In this document: one piece after another, positions 25,046-36,474 of the stretch
How positions within the stretch are numbered: the first letter of the stretch is position 1
How the letters are laid out: each line of letters starts with the position of its first letter
NCBI RefSeq assembly: GCF_004010195.1
Contig: NC_057719.1
Coordinates: 7,048,230 to 7,100,199 of the forward strand
From: Chiloscyllium plagiosum
Taxonomy: Eukaryota
Direction: 5' to 3'
Length of the DNA stretch: 51,970 nucleotides
Notes under the pieces: generated by a model
Told to the model about the DNA's origin: nothing
Seen by the model: only the letters and a program-made list of their open reading frames with translations
Database searches by the model: none
Program-made: the position numbers and the translations under genes

Positions 25046-26090
25046 GTGGTGGTGGAGGGTTGTTTTTCAGACTGGAGGCCTGTGACCAATGGAGTGCCAC
25101 AAGGATCGGTGCTGGGTCATTTGTCATTTACATAAATGATTTGGATGCAAGTATAAGAGGTACAGTTAGTAAGTTTGCAGATGACACCAAAATTGGAGGT
25201 GTCGTGGACAGCGAAGGAGGTTACCCCAGATTACAACAGGATCTGGACCAGATGGGCCAATGGGCTGAGAAGTGGCAGATGGAGTTTAATTCCGATAGAG
25301 GCAAGGTGGCGCATTTTGGGAAAGCAAATCTTAGCAGCACTTATACACTTAATGGTAAGGTCCAAGGGAGTGTTGCGGAACAAAGAGACCTTGGAGTGCA
25401 GGTTCATAGCTCCTTGAAAGTGGAGTTGCAGGTAGATAGGATAGTGAAGAAGGCGTTTGGTATGCTTTCCTTTATTGGTCAGAGTACTGAGTACAGGAGT
25501 TGGGAGATCATGTTGCGGCTGTACAGGACATTGGTTAGGCCACTGTTGGAATATTGCGTACAGTTCTGGTCTGCTTCCTATCGGAAAGATGTTGTGAAAC
25601 TTGAAAGGGTTCAGAAAAGATTTACAAGGATGTTGCCAGGGTTGGAGGATCGGAGCTATAGGGAGAGGCTGAACAGGCTGGGGCTGTTTTCTCTGGAGCG
25701 TCGGAGGCTGAGGGGTGACCTTTATAGAGGTTTATAAAATTGAGTGTCATGGATAGGATAAATAGACAAAGTCTTTTCCCTGGGGTTGGGGAGTCGAGAA
25801 CTAAAGGGCATAGGTTTATGGTGAGAGGGGAAAGATATGAAAGAGACCTCAGGGGCAACCTTTTCACTCAGAGGCTGGTACGTGTATGAAATGAGCTGCC
25901 AGAGGATGTGGTGGAGGCTGGTACAATTGCAACATTTAAGAGGCATTTGGATGGGCATATGAATAGGAAGGGTTTGAAGGGATATCGGCCGGGTGCTGGC
26001 AGGTGGGACTAAATTGGGTGGATATCTGGTCGGCATAGACGGGTTGGACCGAAGGGTCTGTGTCCTATGCTGTACATCTTTATGACTCTA
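25046..26090 (+). mobile_element. Relatively young CR1, RT to 3' tail
   Basis: About 200 aa open: FVIYINDLD...VSKFADDTKIGG...LYRTLVRPLLEYCVQFWS..YRKDVVKLERVQKRFTRMLPG. Tail tatgactcta. Confidence 0.95.
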
Positions 26091-27270
26091 CATCATCTTT
26101 GTGACATACTTTTCTCTCCCTTTGTCATCTGAAAATTTAGCTACCACGTCTTTGTTTCCCTCACCTAAATCATTCGTAGACATTGCAAGAAATTGAGAGA
26201 GCACTGAACCCTTTGGATTCCCACTCATCATATCCTACCTCTCCGAAAAACCTATTTATGCATACTGTCTTTTACGTTGACGCTTTGAATGTTTTGCAAT
26301 AATTTATCTCATGATTGTATTTATTGTAATGCCACTGCATTAAAAATGCTTTTATGACCATTGCATACAGAAAAGATGCATTGTTATTGTCTTCTGGCTG
26401 AGGAGAAAAGATTCACACAGATGGTGACGGTCAAGAAAGCACATCAACGTCTCCTGTCCCTCAAGTGGCTAAGGAAATTTGGCATGTCCATAAGGGTTAT
26501 CACCAACTTTTGTAGATGCACCACAGAAAGCATCCGACCTGGGTACATTACAGCGTGGTACGGCAGCAACACTGCCTTGGGCAATAAGAAACCACAGAGT
26601 TGTGAACACAGCCCAGACCATTATGCAAATGAACCTTCCATCCATGTAGCTGAAAATGTGTTGCTGGAAAAGTGCAGCAGGTCAGGCAGCATCCAAGGAA
26701 CAGGAGAATCGACGTTTTGGGCATGAGCCCTTCTTCAGGAATGAGGAAAGTGTGTCCAGCAGGCTAAGATAAAAGGTAGGGAGGAGGGACTTGGGGGAGG
26801 GGCGTTGGAAATGCGATAGGTGGAAGGAGGTCAAGGTGAGGGTGATAGGCCGGAGAGGTCAGGAAGAAGATTGCAGGTTAGGAAGGCGGTGCTGAGTTCG
26901 AGGGATTTGACAGAGACAAGGTGGGGGGTTCCGAAAAGACCACTCCCTCCGTGACTCCCTCGTCAGGTCCACAACCCCCACCAACCCAACCTCCACTCCC
27001 GGCACCTTCCCCTGCAACCGCAAGAAATGCAAAACTTGCGCCCACACCTTCCCCCTTACCTCCCTCCAAGGCCCCATGGGATGCTTCCATATCCGCCACA
27101 AATTCACCTGCACCTCCACACACATCATCTATTGCATCCGCTGCACCCGATGTGGCCTCCTCTATATTGGGGAGACAGGCCGCCTACTTGCGGAACGTTT
27201 CAGAGAACACCTCTGGGACACCCAGACCAACCAACCCAACCACCCCGTAGCCCAACACTTTAACCCCCCC

Positions 27271-27349
27271 NNNNNNNNNNNNNNNNNNNNNNNNNNNNNN
27301 NNNNNNNNNNNNNNNNNNNNNNNNNNNNNNNNNNNNNNNNNNNNNNNNN
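27271..27349. other. Assembly gap (N run)
   Basis: 79 N inside the Penelope element. Confidence 0.99.
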
Positions 27350-27526
27350 GAACTCAGCACCGCCTTCCTAACCTGCAATCTTCTTCCTGACCTCTCCGCC
27401 CCCACCCCACTCCGGCCTATCACCCTCACCTTGACCTCCCTCCACCTATCGCATTTCCAACGCCCCTCCCCCAAGTCCCTCCTCCCTACCTTTTATCTTA
27501 GCTTGCTGGACATTCTTACCTCATTC

Positions 27527-27554
27527 CTGAAGAAGGGCTTATGCCCGAAACGTC
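27527..27554 (+). ncRNA. Minimal hammerhead ribozyme core motif
   Basis: CUGAAGA (CUGANGA box), stem II GGGC/GCCC with a UUAU loop, GAAA, then CGUC (palindromic ACGU; GUC cleavage triplet). Confidence 0.65.
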
Positions 27555-28645
27555 GATTCTCCTGTTCCTTGGATGCTGCCTGACCTGCTGCGCTTTTCCA
27601 GCAACACATTTTCAGCTCTGATCTCCAGCATCTACAGACCTCACTTTTTCCTTCCATCCATGTACTCCATCAACACCTCTCATTGCCACAGAAGGGCAGC
27701 CAACATCTCAAAGACCCCTCCCACCCTGGTTTTACTCTCTTCCAACCTCTTCCATCAGGCAGAAGATACAGAAACTTAAGCACACATACCAACAGGTTCG
27801 AGAACCTCATCTTCCCTACTGTTATAGGCAACAGCATGGACCTCTCAAGTTTCAAATCTAATGATGTTACTTTTGTACATTACTTGTGTCGCCATAACTT
27901 TGTCTGTCTCACTGTGACTGCACACCCTATAATCTATTTGTCCTTGTTTGCTATGATCTGCCTGTACTGCATACAAAACAAAACTTTTGTCTGTACTTCG
28001 GTACATGTGACAACAATAGCTCAAACAAACTGAAGAACTAGCACTCGTTATTGAAGCTGGGCAACCGCCTTTCCCCAAGAACACTCAAGCTTGATTTTAA
28101 GTTGTGAATGATGACTTGTATGAATAAAGTGTGAAATTTTAGCTGAGACATATCTCTAAATACAAAAACAAAATTGGTGCAAAAAATGTAAAGTAAAAAT
28201 ATAACATACTGTAAACATGCAGGTCAGAGGAATAGAGTTGACCTTTCATCAGTGCCCTATAAATGCTTTTTTCAGCACGTAATTAAGCATCTGTCTATAC
28301 TTGTTTTATAAGCTGGTTGTTCTGCAGTTGGTGGTCAGCCTTTTGAATTCTACTGCAGTGTTCTGTCATTTTGATGTTTATACAAATTCAGTAAAGGTTC
28401 ACTAACCTGAAATCGAATATAGTAGTTTACTGAAGTGAGTTGTTAATAATGACAGCATTAACCCGAATATTTTTAAATTTTGAAAAACAATAACCAGAGT
28501 AATTGACACAGATGACATTATTCCTTCATTTATGGGAACAACCTTCATGACTCACTGATATATGTTGGGTTTGAGTTGTGAAAGAAAAATTGCATTTAAA
28601 ATTTCGGAACTTAAGGAATTAACGCACCTTTGCTTTTACAGATAT

Positions 28646-29535
28646 TTAGAGTCATAGAGATGTACAGCATGGAAATACACCCTCAGTCAAACTTGTCCAT
28701 GTTAGGATATCCTAACCTAATCAAGCTCAATTTGCTAGTACTTGACCCATATCCCTCTAAACGCTTCCTATTCATAGACCCATGCCTTTTAAAAGTTGTA
28801 CTTATACCAGCCTCGACCATTTCCTCTGACAGCTCATTCCATACACGCACCACCCTCTCCATGCAATGGTTGCTCCTAAGGTTCCTTTTAAATTTTTTCC
28901 CCCCCCACCTTTTCAAGTTTCACAACATTCTTCCAATAGAAAGGAGAACAGAATTGCACACAGTATTTCAAAGGTGGCCTAATCGATGTTACATACAGAT
29001 GTAACATGACCTTGGAAAGCATACCAAACGCCTCCTTCACTATCCTATCTACCTGCGACTCCACTTTCAAGGAGCTATGAACCTGCACTCCAAGGTCCCT
29101 TTATACAACACCACCACCCAGGACCTGAGCATTTGTGGGCGGCACAGTGGCACAGTGGTTAGCACTGCTGCCTCACAGCGCCAGAGACCCGGGTTCAATT
29201 CCCGCCTCAGACGACTGACTGTGTGGAGTTTGCACATTCTCCCCGTGTCTGCGTGGGTTTCCTCCGGGTGCTCCGGTTTCCTCCCACAGTCCAAAGATGT
29301 GCAGGTAAGGTCATTCATCTCAGTTCACGAGTTCTCCGCAGGCGTTTCTAGGCCAATCTTAAACTACTTTATGGGCGGCACAGTGGTTAGCGCTGATGCT
29401 TCACAGCACCAGAGACCCAGGTTCAATTCCCGCCTCAGGCGACTGACTGTCCACACTAAGTAATCTAATCTAATCTAATCTAAGTGTATAAGTCCTGCTC
29501 TAACTTTCTTTTGCAAAATGCAGTACCTCATATTT
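28646..29535 (-). mobile_element. CR1 3' fragment with internal deletions, hosting a SINE dimer
   Basis: QVHSSLKVESQVDRIVK.AFGMLS; ERVVRVWNELSEE.VEAG. Confidence 0.85.
29137..29483 (+). mobile_element. Rearranged HE1 V-SINE with two tRNA-derived heads
   Basis: Head 1 at 29137 (A box tggcacagtgg, B box ggttcaattcc) plus V-core. Head 2 at 29373 is joined directly to the (TAATC)n tail. Confidence 0.88.
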
Positions 29536-29579
29536 AGTTGCTAGAAATTAGAAGGAATGTGATTAGTATTAGAGAAGTT

Positions 29580-30225
29580 CATTGAAAGTGAAGGTGGCGT
29601 TTGGTGCGCTTTCCTTTATTGGTCAGAGTATCAAGTACAGGAGTTGGGAGGTCATGTTACAGCTGTACAGGACATTGGTTAGGCTGCTTTTGACATTGTA
29701 TACAATTTTGTTCTCCTTCCTATTGGAAAGATGTTGTGAAACTTGAAAGGGTTCAGAAAAGATTTACAAGGATGTTGCCAGGGTTGGAGGATTTCAGCGA
29801 CAGGAAGAGGCAGAATAGACTGGGGCTGTTTTCCTTAGAGCGTCGGGGTGACCTTTTATAGAGGTTTATAAAATCATGAGGGGCATGGATAGGATAAATA
29901 GACAAGGTCTTTTCCCTGGGGTGGGAGTGTTCAGAACTAGAGACCATAGGTTTACGGTGAGAGAGGATGAATTTAAAAGGAACCCACGGGGTAACGTTTA
30001 ACACAGGGTGGTGTGTTTGGAATAACCCACCAGAGGAAGTGGTGGAGGCGGGTACAATTACAACATGTAAAAGGCATCTGGATGAACATATGAACCGGAA
30101 TAATTTTAGAGGGATATGGACCAAGTGCTGGCGAATGGGATGAGATTAATTTTGGGATACCTGGTTGGCGTGGATAAGTTGGACCGAAGGATCTCTTTCT
30201 GTGCTTTACATATCTAATTGCTCTA
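29580..30225 (+). mobile_element. CR1 3' end
   Basis: Collinear with 25415-26090. Confidence 0.9.
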
Positions 30226-31320
30226 AGTGATAGTGAAAGGAAAAGTTGGAATAATACAGTGACATTGGGAGAAACAGTGCGGTAGTGGCTGGGGAGCCGA
30301 TTACAGTTAGGTCATGGTGGGAGAGAAGTTTAGGATTGAACAATATTTTGCTTACTCATGATGTGAGAGGGAGTGCATGTATGTTTGTCAAAATTATATT
30401 TAGGCTGCAGATTGCACAAATGGGAGATGTATTTCCTGAGTGTTGAAGACAAGATTTCAATTCTAAGGTACTAAAATTAACAGAGTACTCAGAAACCATT
30501 TTGTAACGAGGCAGGACAATGTGGACATCGGTTGCTCGGCATGCATTTATTGCACATCCCTGGATGCCTTGGAGAAGTTTACACTGCTGCAGTCTTTGTG
30601 GTGTAGGAACACCTAAAGTAGTGTCATAGAGATGTACAGCATGGAAACAGATCTTTCGGTCCAAATCGTCCATACCGACCAGATATCCCAACCTAGTCTA
30701 GTCCCACTTGCCAGCACCCAGCCCATATCCCTCCCAACCCTTCCTATTCATGTTCCCATCCAGATGCCTTTTAAAAGTTGCAATTGTATTAGCCTCCACC
30801 ACTTCCTTTGGCAGCTCATTCCATACACATACCACCCTCTGCGTGAAAACGTTGCCCCTTGAGTGTCTTTTGTGTCTTTCCCCTCTCACCCTAAACCGAA
30901 GCCCTCTAGTTCTGGACGACTCCACCCCAGGGAAAAGACTTTGTTTATTTATCCTATCCATGCCCCTCATGATTTTATAAATCTCTAAAAGGTCATCCCT
31001 CCGCCTCTGACACTCCAGGGAAAACAGTCCCAGCCTATTCAACCTTTCCATACAGCTCAAATCCTCCAACCCTGGCAACATCCTTGTAAGTCTTTTTTGA
31101 ACTCTTTCAAGTTTCGCAATATCCTTCCGCAGCCTGACCTCCCAACTCCAGTACTCAGTACTCCGACCAATAAAGGAAAGCTCCTCCTCCACTACCCTAT
31201 CTACCTTCAACTCCACTTTCAAAGAGCTATGAACCTGCACTCCAAGAACTCTGATCAGCAGCACTCCCTAGGACCTTACCGTTAAGTGTATCAGTCCTGC
31301 TAAGATATGCTTTCCCAAAA

Positions 31321-32162
31321 GACACCCTCCAACGCATCTTGTCTACATCCCGCACCTCCGCCCTCAGACCCCACCCCTCCAACCGTAACAAATCTTATAT
31401 CCTGAAATAGCTCCAAATGAATTGATATATTGTATCAAATGGGGTATGGAGGTCCTCGGGTTTGATAAAAACAGAAGGACATCACTCGCATACAATGTAA
31501 TCTTGTGTGCCCTCGATCCCACTTCCGGAGCGGTTATGTGGACGTTCTGACGAATGGCGTCTGCCAGCGGCTCGATCACCAACGTAAACAACAATGGTGA
31601 GAGGGGGCAGACTTGCCGACTACCCCTACCAATCCTAAAATTCCCAGACTTCACCCCGTTGGTGATGACCACGGCCCGAGGGTAGCAATATAAAATCTCC
31701 TGGTGTGAATCTGAGAGGTGTTCTGAGGCGGAAGATGAGGCGTTCTTCCTCCAGGCGTCTGGTGGTGAGGGAGCATCAATGTGGACTTCAACAGTTTCCT
31801 CATTTCCCCTTCCCCCACCTCACCCTAGTTCTAAACTTCCAGCTCAGCACCGTCCCCATGACTTGTCCGGACTTGTCCTCAAAATGGCTGCCTATCTCCT
31901 TTTCCACCTATCCACTCCACCCTCTCCTCCCTGACCTATCCCCTCCCCCACTCACCTATTGTACTCTATGCTACTTTCTCCCCACCCCCACCCTCCTCAA
32001 GCTTATTTCTCCACACTTCAGGCTCTCTGCCTTTATTCCTGATGAAGGGCTTTTGCTGAAACATCGATTTTCCTGCTCCTCGGATGTTGCCTGAACTGCT
32101 GTGCTCTTCCAGCACCACTAATCCAGAATCTGGTTTCCAGCATCTGCAGTCATTGTTTTTAC
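31321..32162 (+). mobile_element. Composite Penelope-derived insertion
   Basis: 11-bp TSD CTTTCCCAAAA (31310-31320 and 32163-32173). Penelope-like pieces and a pseudo-LTR with CTGATGA...GAAA (32039-32065) surround an L1 fragment. Confidence 0.85.
31392..31700 (-). mobile_element. Internal fragment of an L1-clade reverse transcriptase
   Basis: TNGVKSGNFRIGRGSRQVCPLSPLLFTLVIEPLADAIRQ...HKITLYASDVLLFLSNP...FGAISGYKI, matching the L1 RQGCPLSP / LYADD / SGYKIN motifs. Confidence 0.88.
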
Positions 32163-32429
32163 CTTTCCCAAAATGCAGTACTTCTCATTTATCTAAATTA
32201 AACTCCATCTGCCACTCCTCAGCCCATTGGCCCATCTGATCAAGATCCTGTTGTAATCTGAGGTAACCTCCTTCACTCTCCACTACACCTCCAATTTTGG
32301 TGTCATCTACAAGTTTACTAACTATATCTCTTATGCTCGCATCCAAATCATTTCTATAAATGACAAAGTAGTGGACCCAGCACCAATTCTTATGGCACTC
32401 CACTGGTCACAGACCTCCAGTCTGTTCAG

Positions 32430-32810
32430 TGAATTCAGGATTTTGAGGTGACATCACTGAAGGAATGATGAAGATATTGAGTAGCATGAGTATCTTGCAA
32501 GTGATGTTTCCTTACTTCTGCTTCTCTTCTCTCCCCCCTCCCCCCCGGCAAATGGTCGAGGTTTCTGGTTTGGAAAGTGATGTTGAAGTAGCTTTGGTGA
32601 GTTGTTGCAATGCATTTTTAGATGATGCATGCTGCTGCCACTGTGTGTCGGTGATGAAGAAGTGAATATTGAAGGTGGGGATGACGTACTAATCAATTTG
32701 CTGCTTTGTCCTGGGCGTTGTCAAATTTTGGGTCCCATTGGAGCTGTACATATCTAGGTAAGTGGAGAGTGTTCTATCAGACTCCTAATTGTGCCTTATA
32801 AATGGTAGTT
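32430..32810 (-). mobile_element. Old CR1/L2-group LINE 3' fragment
   Basis: Approximate reverse complement of 37190-37500. Confidence 0.6.
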
Positions 32811-32939
32811 AACTTTGACTCCCCAAACCTGAGGTGCCATGACAAAATGTGCCTTTGAGGGAATCATTCTATCCTGTTTTCACTTGAAATGAGATGATGT
32901 AAATGTGGTGGCGAGGTGTCTGTTTCAAGGAAAGCAGAG

Positions 32940-33154
32940 TACAGCACACTACGGTATAATGCGACAGTTGTGTTCCTCTCTAACCTTACGTTATGGAAAA
33001 CAGCTATAGAAAATCGCGCTGTAGAAGATTGCGAGAGAGAATCACTATCTGTTCAGTAGAAAGCTTGTGTTATCCAAGCAGCGTCCTTTATTTGTCAATC
33101 ACACTATAGCTAATCTGCATTGATGAAATGTGCTTTATACCAGAATGACCTATA
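32940..33154. mobile_element. Tc1/mariner-superfamily (Tigger/pogo-like) MITE
   Basis: TA-flanked imperfect TIRs tacagcacactacggtataa / ttataccagaatgacctata, with internal repeated gctatagaa motifs. Confidence 0.55.
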
Positions 33155-33394
33155 AATAGCTTTTTGTTTTTTTAAAAACATTAGACAAAAGCATGAATGG
33201 GTATAGCCAGGCTGGCTCAGATCCAGGCTTTCAGTTTTTGCAATGGTTTGTTGAATGGGGTTTTGGAGTTAAAGCTGCCAGGTACATCTTGCTTTTGTGC
33301 TGTCTCTCATACCCACATGTTGGAAATGGTCACTGCATGGCACTTGTCTGGCGTGAACCTGGGTGGCCACTAATCAGCTCAAGATTAGTAGTTC

Positions 33395-33732
33395 TACAAG
33401 ATGATTAGGGGGTTAGATAGGGTTGACAGTGTGAACCTTTTCCCGCGTATGGAGTCGGGTATTACAAGGGGGCATAGCTTTAAATTAAGGGGGGGTAGAT
33501 ATAGGACTGAAGTTAGGGGTAGGTTCTTCACTCAGCGAGTCGTAAGTTCATGGAATGCCCTGCCAGTAGCAGTGGTGGACTCTCCCTCTTTATGGGCATT
33601 TAAGCGGGCATTGGATAGGTATATGGAGGATAGTGGGTTAGTATAGGTTAGGTGGGCTTGGATCGGCGCAACATCGAGGGCCAAAGGGCCTGTACTGCGC
33701 TGTATTCTTCTATGTTCTATGTTCTATGTTCT
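33395..33732 (+). mobile_element. Young CR1 3' end, same subfamily as 104-796
   Basis: Very close to 490-796, with CpGs retained; (TTCTATG)3 tail. Confidence 0.93.
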
Positions 33733-33935
33733 GTTTTTCTGCAGACTCAAGTTACTATATGATCTGTTCCTGTTCCTATGTTCTTGCAGTATGGGTAGTA
33801 TCTCTAATTGTTCTTTAACATAGTGGTGAGCTCCCTTCTTCAATCATTGCATTCCATGTGGTGTAGGTGCACCCACAGTCACATTACTTCTATATTTTTG
33901 ACCCAGTTACAGTAAATTAACACATTTCCTTTGAT

Positions 33936-34845
33936 TGCCGTATATACTCTTGTAAAAGTTGAATTTTTTAGACTATTTTTAAAGATTCAATTTATAAGGT
34001 TGACTATTACATAGGCACTAGTTTTGAGGGGCTGAAATTCATGCTGCATTTGAAATACCATATTATTAGCAAAAGTCAATTTGATCGCTCAGCTATTCCC
34101 AGGTAAAGAGGAAAAACACACTGAATTATGTTAAAGGTAATTACCAGATAAAAGCAAGGGAAACAAAAATGAATAACTGATAGTAAATTTTATTTATACG
34201 TACAGTTACAAAAATTTAACATGTCAAACATTCATTGAAATCCTGCAAAATCGCACTATTCAACATAGTTGTGGCCTGGTATAATGGCACATTTAAAATG
34301 AAGCATTTATTAAATTCTGAATGTGTAAGTGTCTTCTGTTTCCTCCCATTTACTCTTATATGTAATGACAAATTTGTCAAAAAAATAAAAGATATATGTT
34401 GCTAGTATATCTCACTTTTATTCAGATATAATGGCACAATTAAAATGATTAACGTTTTAACGATATTAACCTTTGGATGTATAATGAATAAAGTACAATA
34501 AGTGCCGATAGACTTATCACCGGTCTGAATGAATGAATGAATCAAAACATGCTGTAGTAAACCAAGTGGGGTAAGTGTAGTTATGAATGAATGAATGAAT
34601 GAATGAATGAATGAAGAGAGACAATATAGTAAACAAAGAGCAATGAGTAGAGTTACCAGTATGAATGAATGAATGCAATTTTGTTTGTGGGTTAATGGGA
34701 ACATGCAGTTTCCTTTGTAAAAGGTTTATAACACGATATAGTAGGGTTGACTTTTACGTGAGATATATGAAAAAATATAAGGTTTTTTAGCCCAAAATAA
34801 GGTGTCGACTTTTATGAGATCAACTTTTAACATTAATATATGATA
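33936..34845. mobile_element. Non-autonomous Tc1/mariner-superfamily (Tc2/pogo-like) DNA transposon
   Basis: Degenerate TIRs of the TACCGTATATACTCGAGTA type. Shares ttttgaggggctgaaa and tagggt(c/t)gactttta..tgagatatatg with 45812-46208. Confidence 0.7.
34583..34614. repeat. (ATGA)n microsatellite
   Basis: About 8 tandem ATGA units; shorter runs near 34527 and 34661. Confidence 0.95.
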
Positions 34846-35809
34846 CTTCCACATTTGATTGTCTCCACCAATGGATATGGACACTGACTCCAATCGGTTA
34901 CAGGATTGAAGCAGTGCATAATAGTCGGTACTTTTGGAAAGGCTGATATGGCTGTGACATCTAAAGTGTTGGTGCAGTCATTCATGTAGAAATGATTCTT
35001 AGAAAGAAAGAAGGAAAAATGATTTTAAATATATTTCAAATCTTTGGATATCCCAAAGCATTTCACAGCCATTGAGATACTTGTGCATTATAATCACTCA
35101 TAATACAATGAATGTATTAACAGGTTTGTTAATGAAGCAGTAACAAACACATCATCAGTATAAACTGTGCTGTGATATTTGTAAAGGTATATGTTGGCAC
35201 TTGTCATTTAGAAAGCTGTCTTGGAGTGACTATAATGGCTGCATCCTTCCATTGGTTGTAGCAGAGATATGTAACAGTTACCCAATTGTTTGATGAATAA
35301 TGTATGACAAAGCATTATTTTGAGAATTAAATAAGGTTGCCTTTAATTTGGAGCAGGATAAATTTGAACAATAGATTGCTGTCGATTTAGAACTTCGTTA
35401 TCTTTGAGAATCTATGCACTTAATGCAGATTATCTGTATTTGTGCTCCTGAAGGATACATAGAGTACTTCAATGAAGTGTGGACTCTTGTGAAGTGTACT
35501 GAAGAGCTCTTTTTCTACTCGAAGGTAAAGATGTTTACTAGCCACTTAGCACCATTAAAGAAAGATACTTCACATTAATCCAGCCATTGTGGGTGCTTAA
35601 TTGACGTAGTGTAATCAAAATATCTTGTATCACCATTAAAAATTAATGCCTTTGTGTAAATGGTTTAGATGTCCTGTGTTCCTGTGATTGTTAATTTCAC
35701 CTTTCCACCCATTTCAATAACACCAATTTTAATAAAACCCATAAAAATATGCTTAAAGTAAACATTGTTCTCAGCTAAAACTAATTTAACAATTACTTAC
35801 ATTTATACG

Positions 35810-36180
35810 AAACACAGAATATAAAAGTAGGAGTAGGCTATTTAGCTGTTTGAGCCTGCTCCGCCTGATCATCCAACTCAGTTCTGATTTATCCCATATT
35901 CTTCACCCTTTAGCCCCAAGTGCTACATCCAACTTCTAGAAATCATACAATAGTTTGGCCTTGACTGTTTTCTATGGCAGTGAATTCCACAGGTTAACCA
36001 ATCTCTGCATGAATAAATTTCTCCTTACTAATGTTCTGAACAGTTTACCTTGTATTTTTACCCCTCGTTCTAGGCTCTCCCACCCATCAGGAACTGCCAT
36101 CCTGTCTAGTTGGAATTTTATAGGCTTCCAAGAGATCCACCCTCATTCTTCTGATGACACACGAATATAATTCTAACCAA
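35810..36180 (-). mobile_element. Degraded CR1 3' end
   Basis: gaattccacaggttaaccaatctctgcatgaataaattt, the reverse of the FF.QRVV.LWNSL motif. Confidence 0.7.
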
Positions 36181-36474
36181 GGTGAGGCAATATCCTAGTG
36201 ATATTATTGCTAGATTGTTAACTGGAGACTTGCCCCCACTTCTGATATGATGGAGGGAATGTGCAATCATGGGCAAAATGTTCAACACCATTCAAAACAC
36301 CTCAGCTATTGCATCAGGCCATGTCCAAATGCAGCAAAATTTGGACAATATCCATGCTTGGGCTGTTAGGTGGCAAATTACATTCAAACCACACAAATGT
36401 CAAGTTAATACCATCTTGAGTTTCAATGGTGTTACCATTTGGCCAGAAACTCAACTGGACTTGTCACATACGCT

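Larger units (their letters stand above)
26649..27649 (+). mobile_element. Penelope-like element: GIY-YIG fragment flanked by inverted pseudo-LTRs
   Basis: FTCTSTHIIYCIRCTRCGLLYIGETGRLLAERFREH. 26649-26900 is the reverse complement of 27350-27616. Perfect 15-bp TSD CCTTCCATCCATGTA (26634-26648 and 27650-27664). Confidence 0.93.
26400..28030 (+). mobile_element. Rex1/Babar-type LINE 3' end, split by a Penelope insertion
   Basis: VKKAHQRL..LK.LRKFGMS....NF.RCT.ES...YITAWYG, continuing after the insert as KDPSHPG..LFQPLPSGRRYR.L.THTNRF.N..FP.VI. Confidence 0.82.
30620..32422 (-). mobile_element. CR1 (RT to 3' tail) split by a composite insertion
   Basis: Minus-strand ORFs 32185-32403 (FVIY.NDLD..VSKLVDDTKIGG) and 30698-31264 (KLERVQKR.TRMLPG...FTQRVV.VWNELP). 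Confidence 0.92.

Noticed and set aside
25060..25737. 225-aa RT-like ORF as a functional or domesticated gene
   Set aside because: 5'-truncated CR1 ORF2 with frameshifts at both ends; it is open because it is young.
29137..29210. tRNA gene
   Set aside because: The A and B boxes belong to a SINE head that is followed by the V-core.
490..33732. Segmental duplication between 490-796 and 33395-33732
   Set aside because: Similarity is limited to the CR1 3' end, so these are independent insertions of one subfamily.
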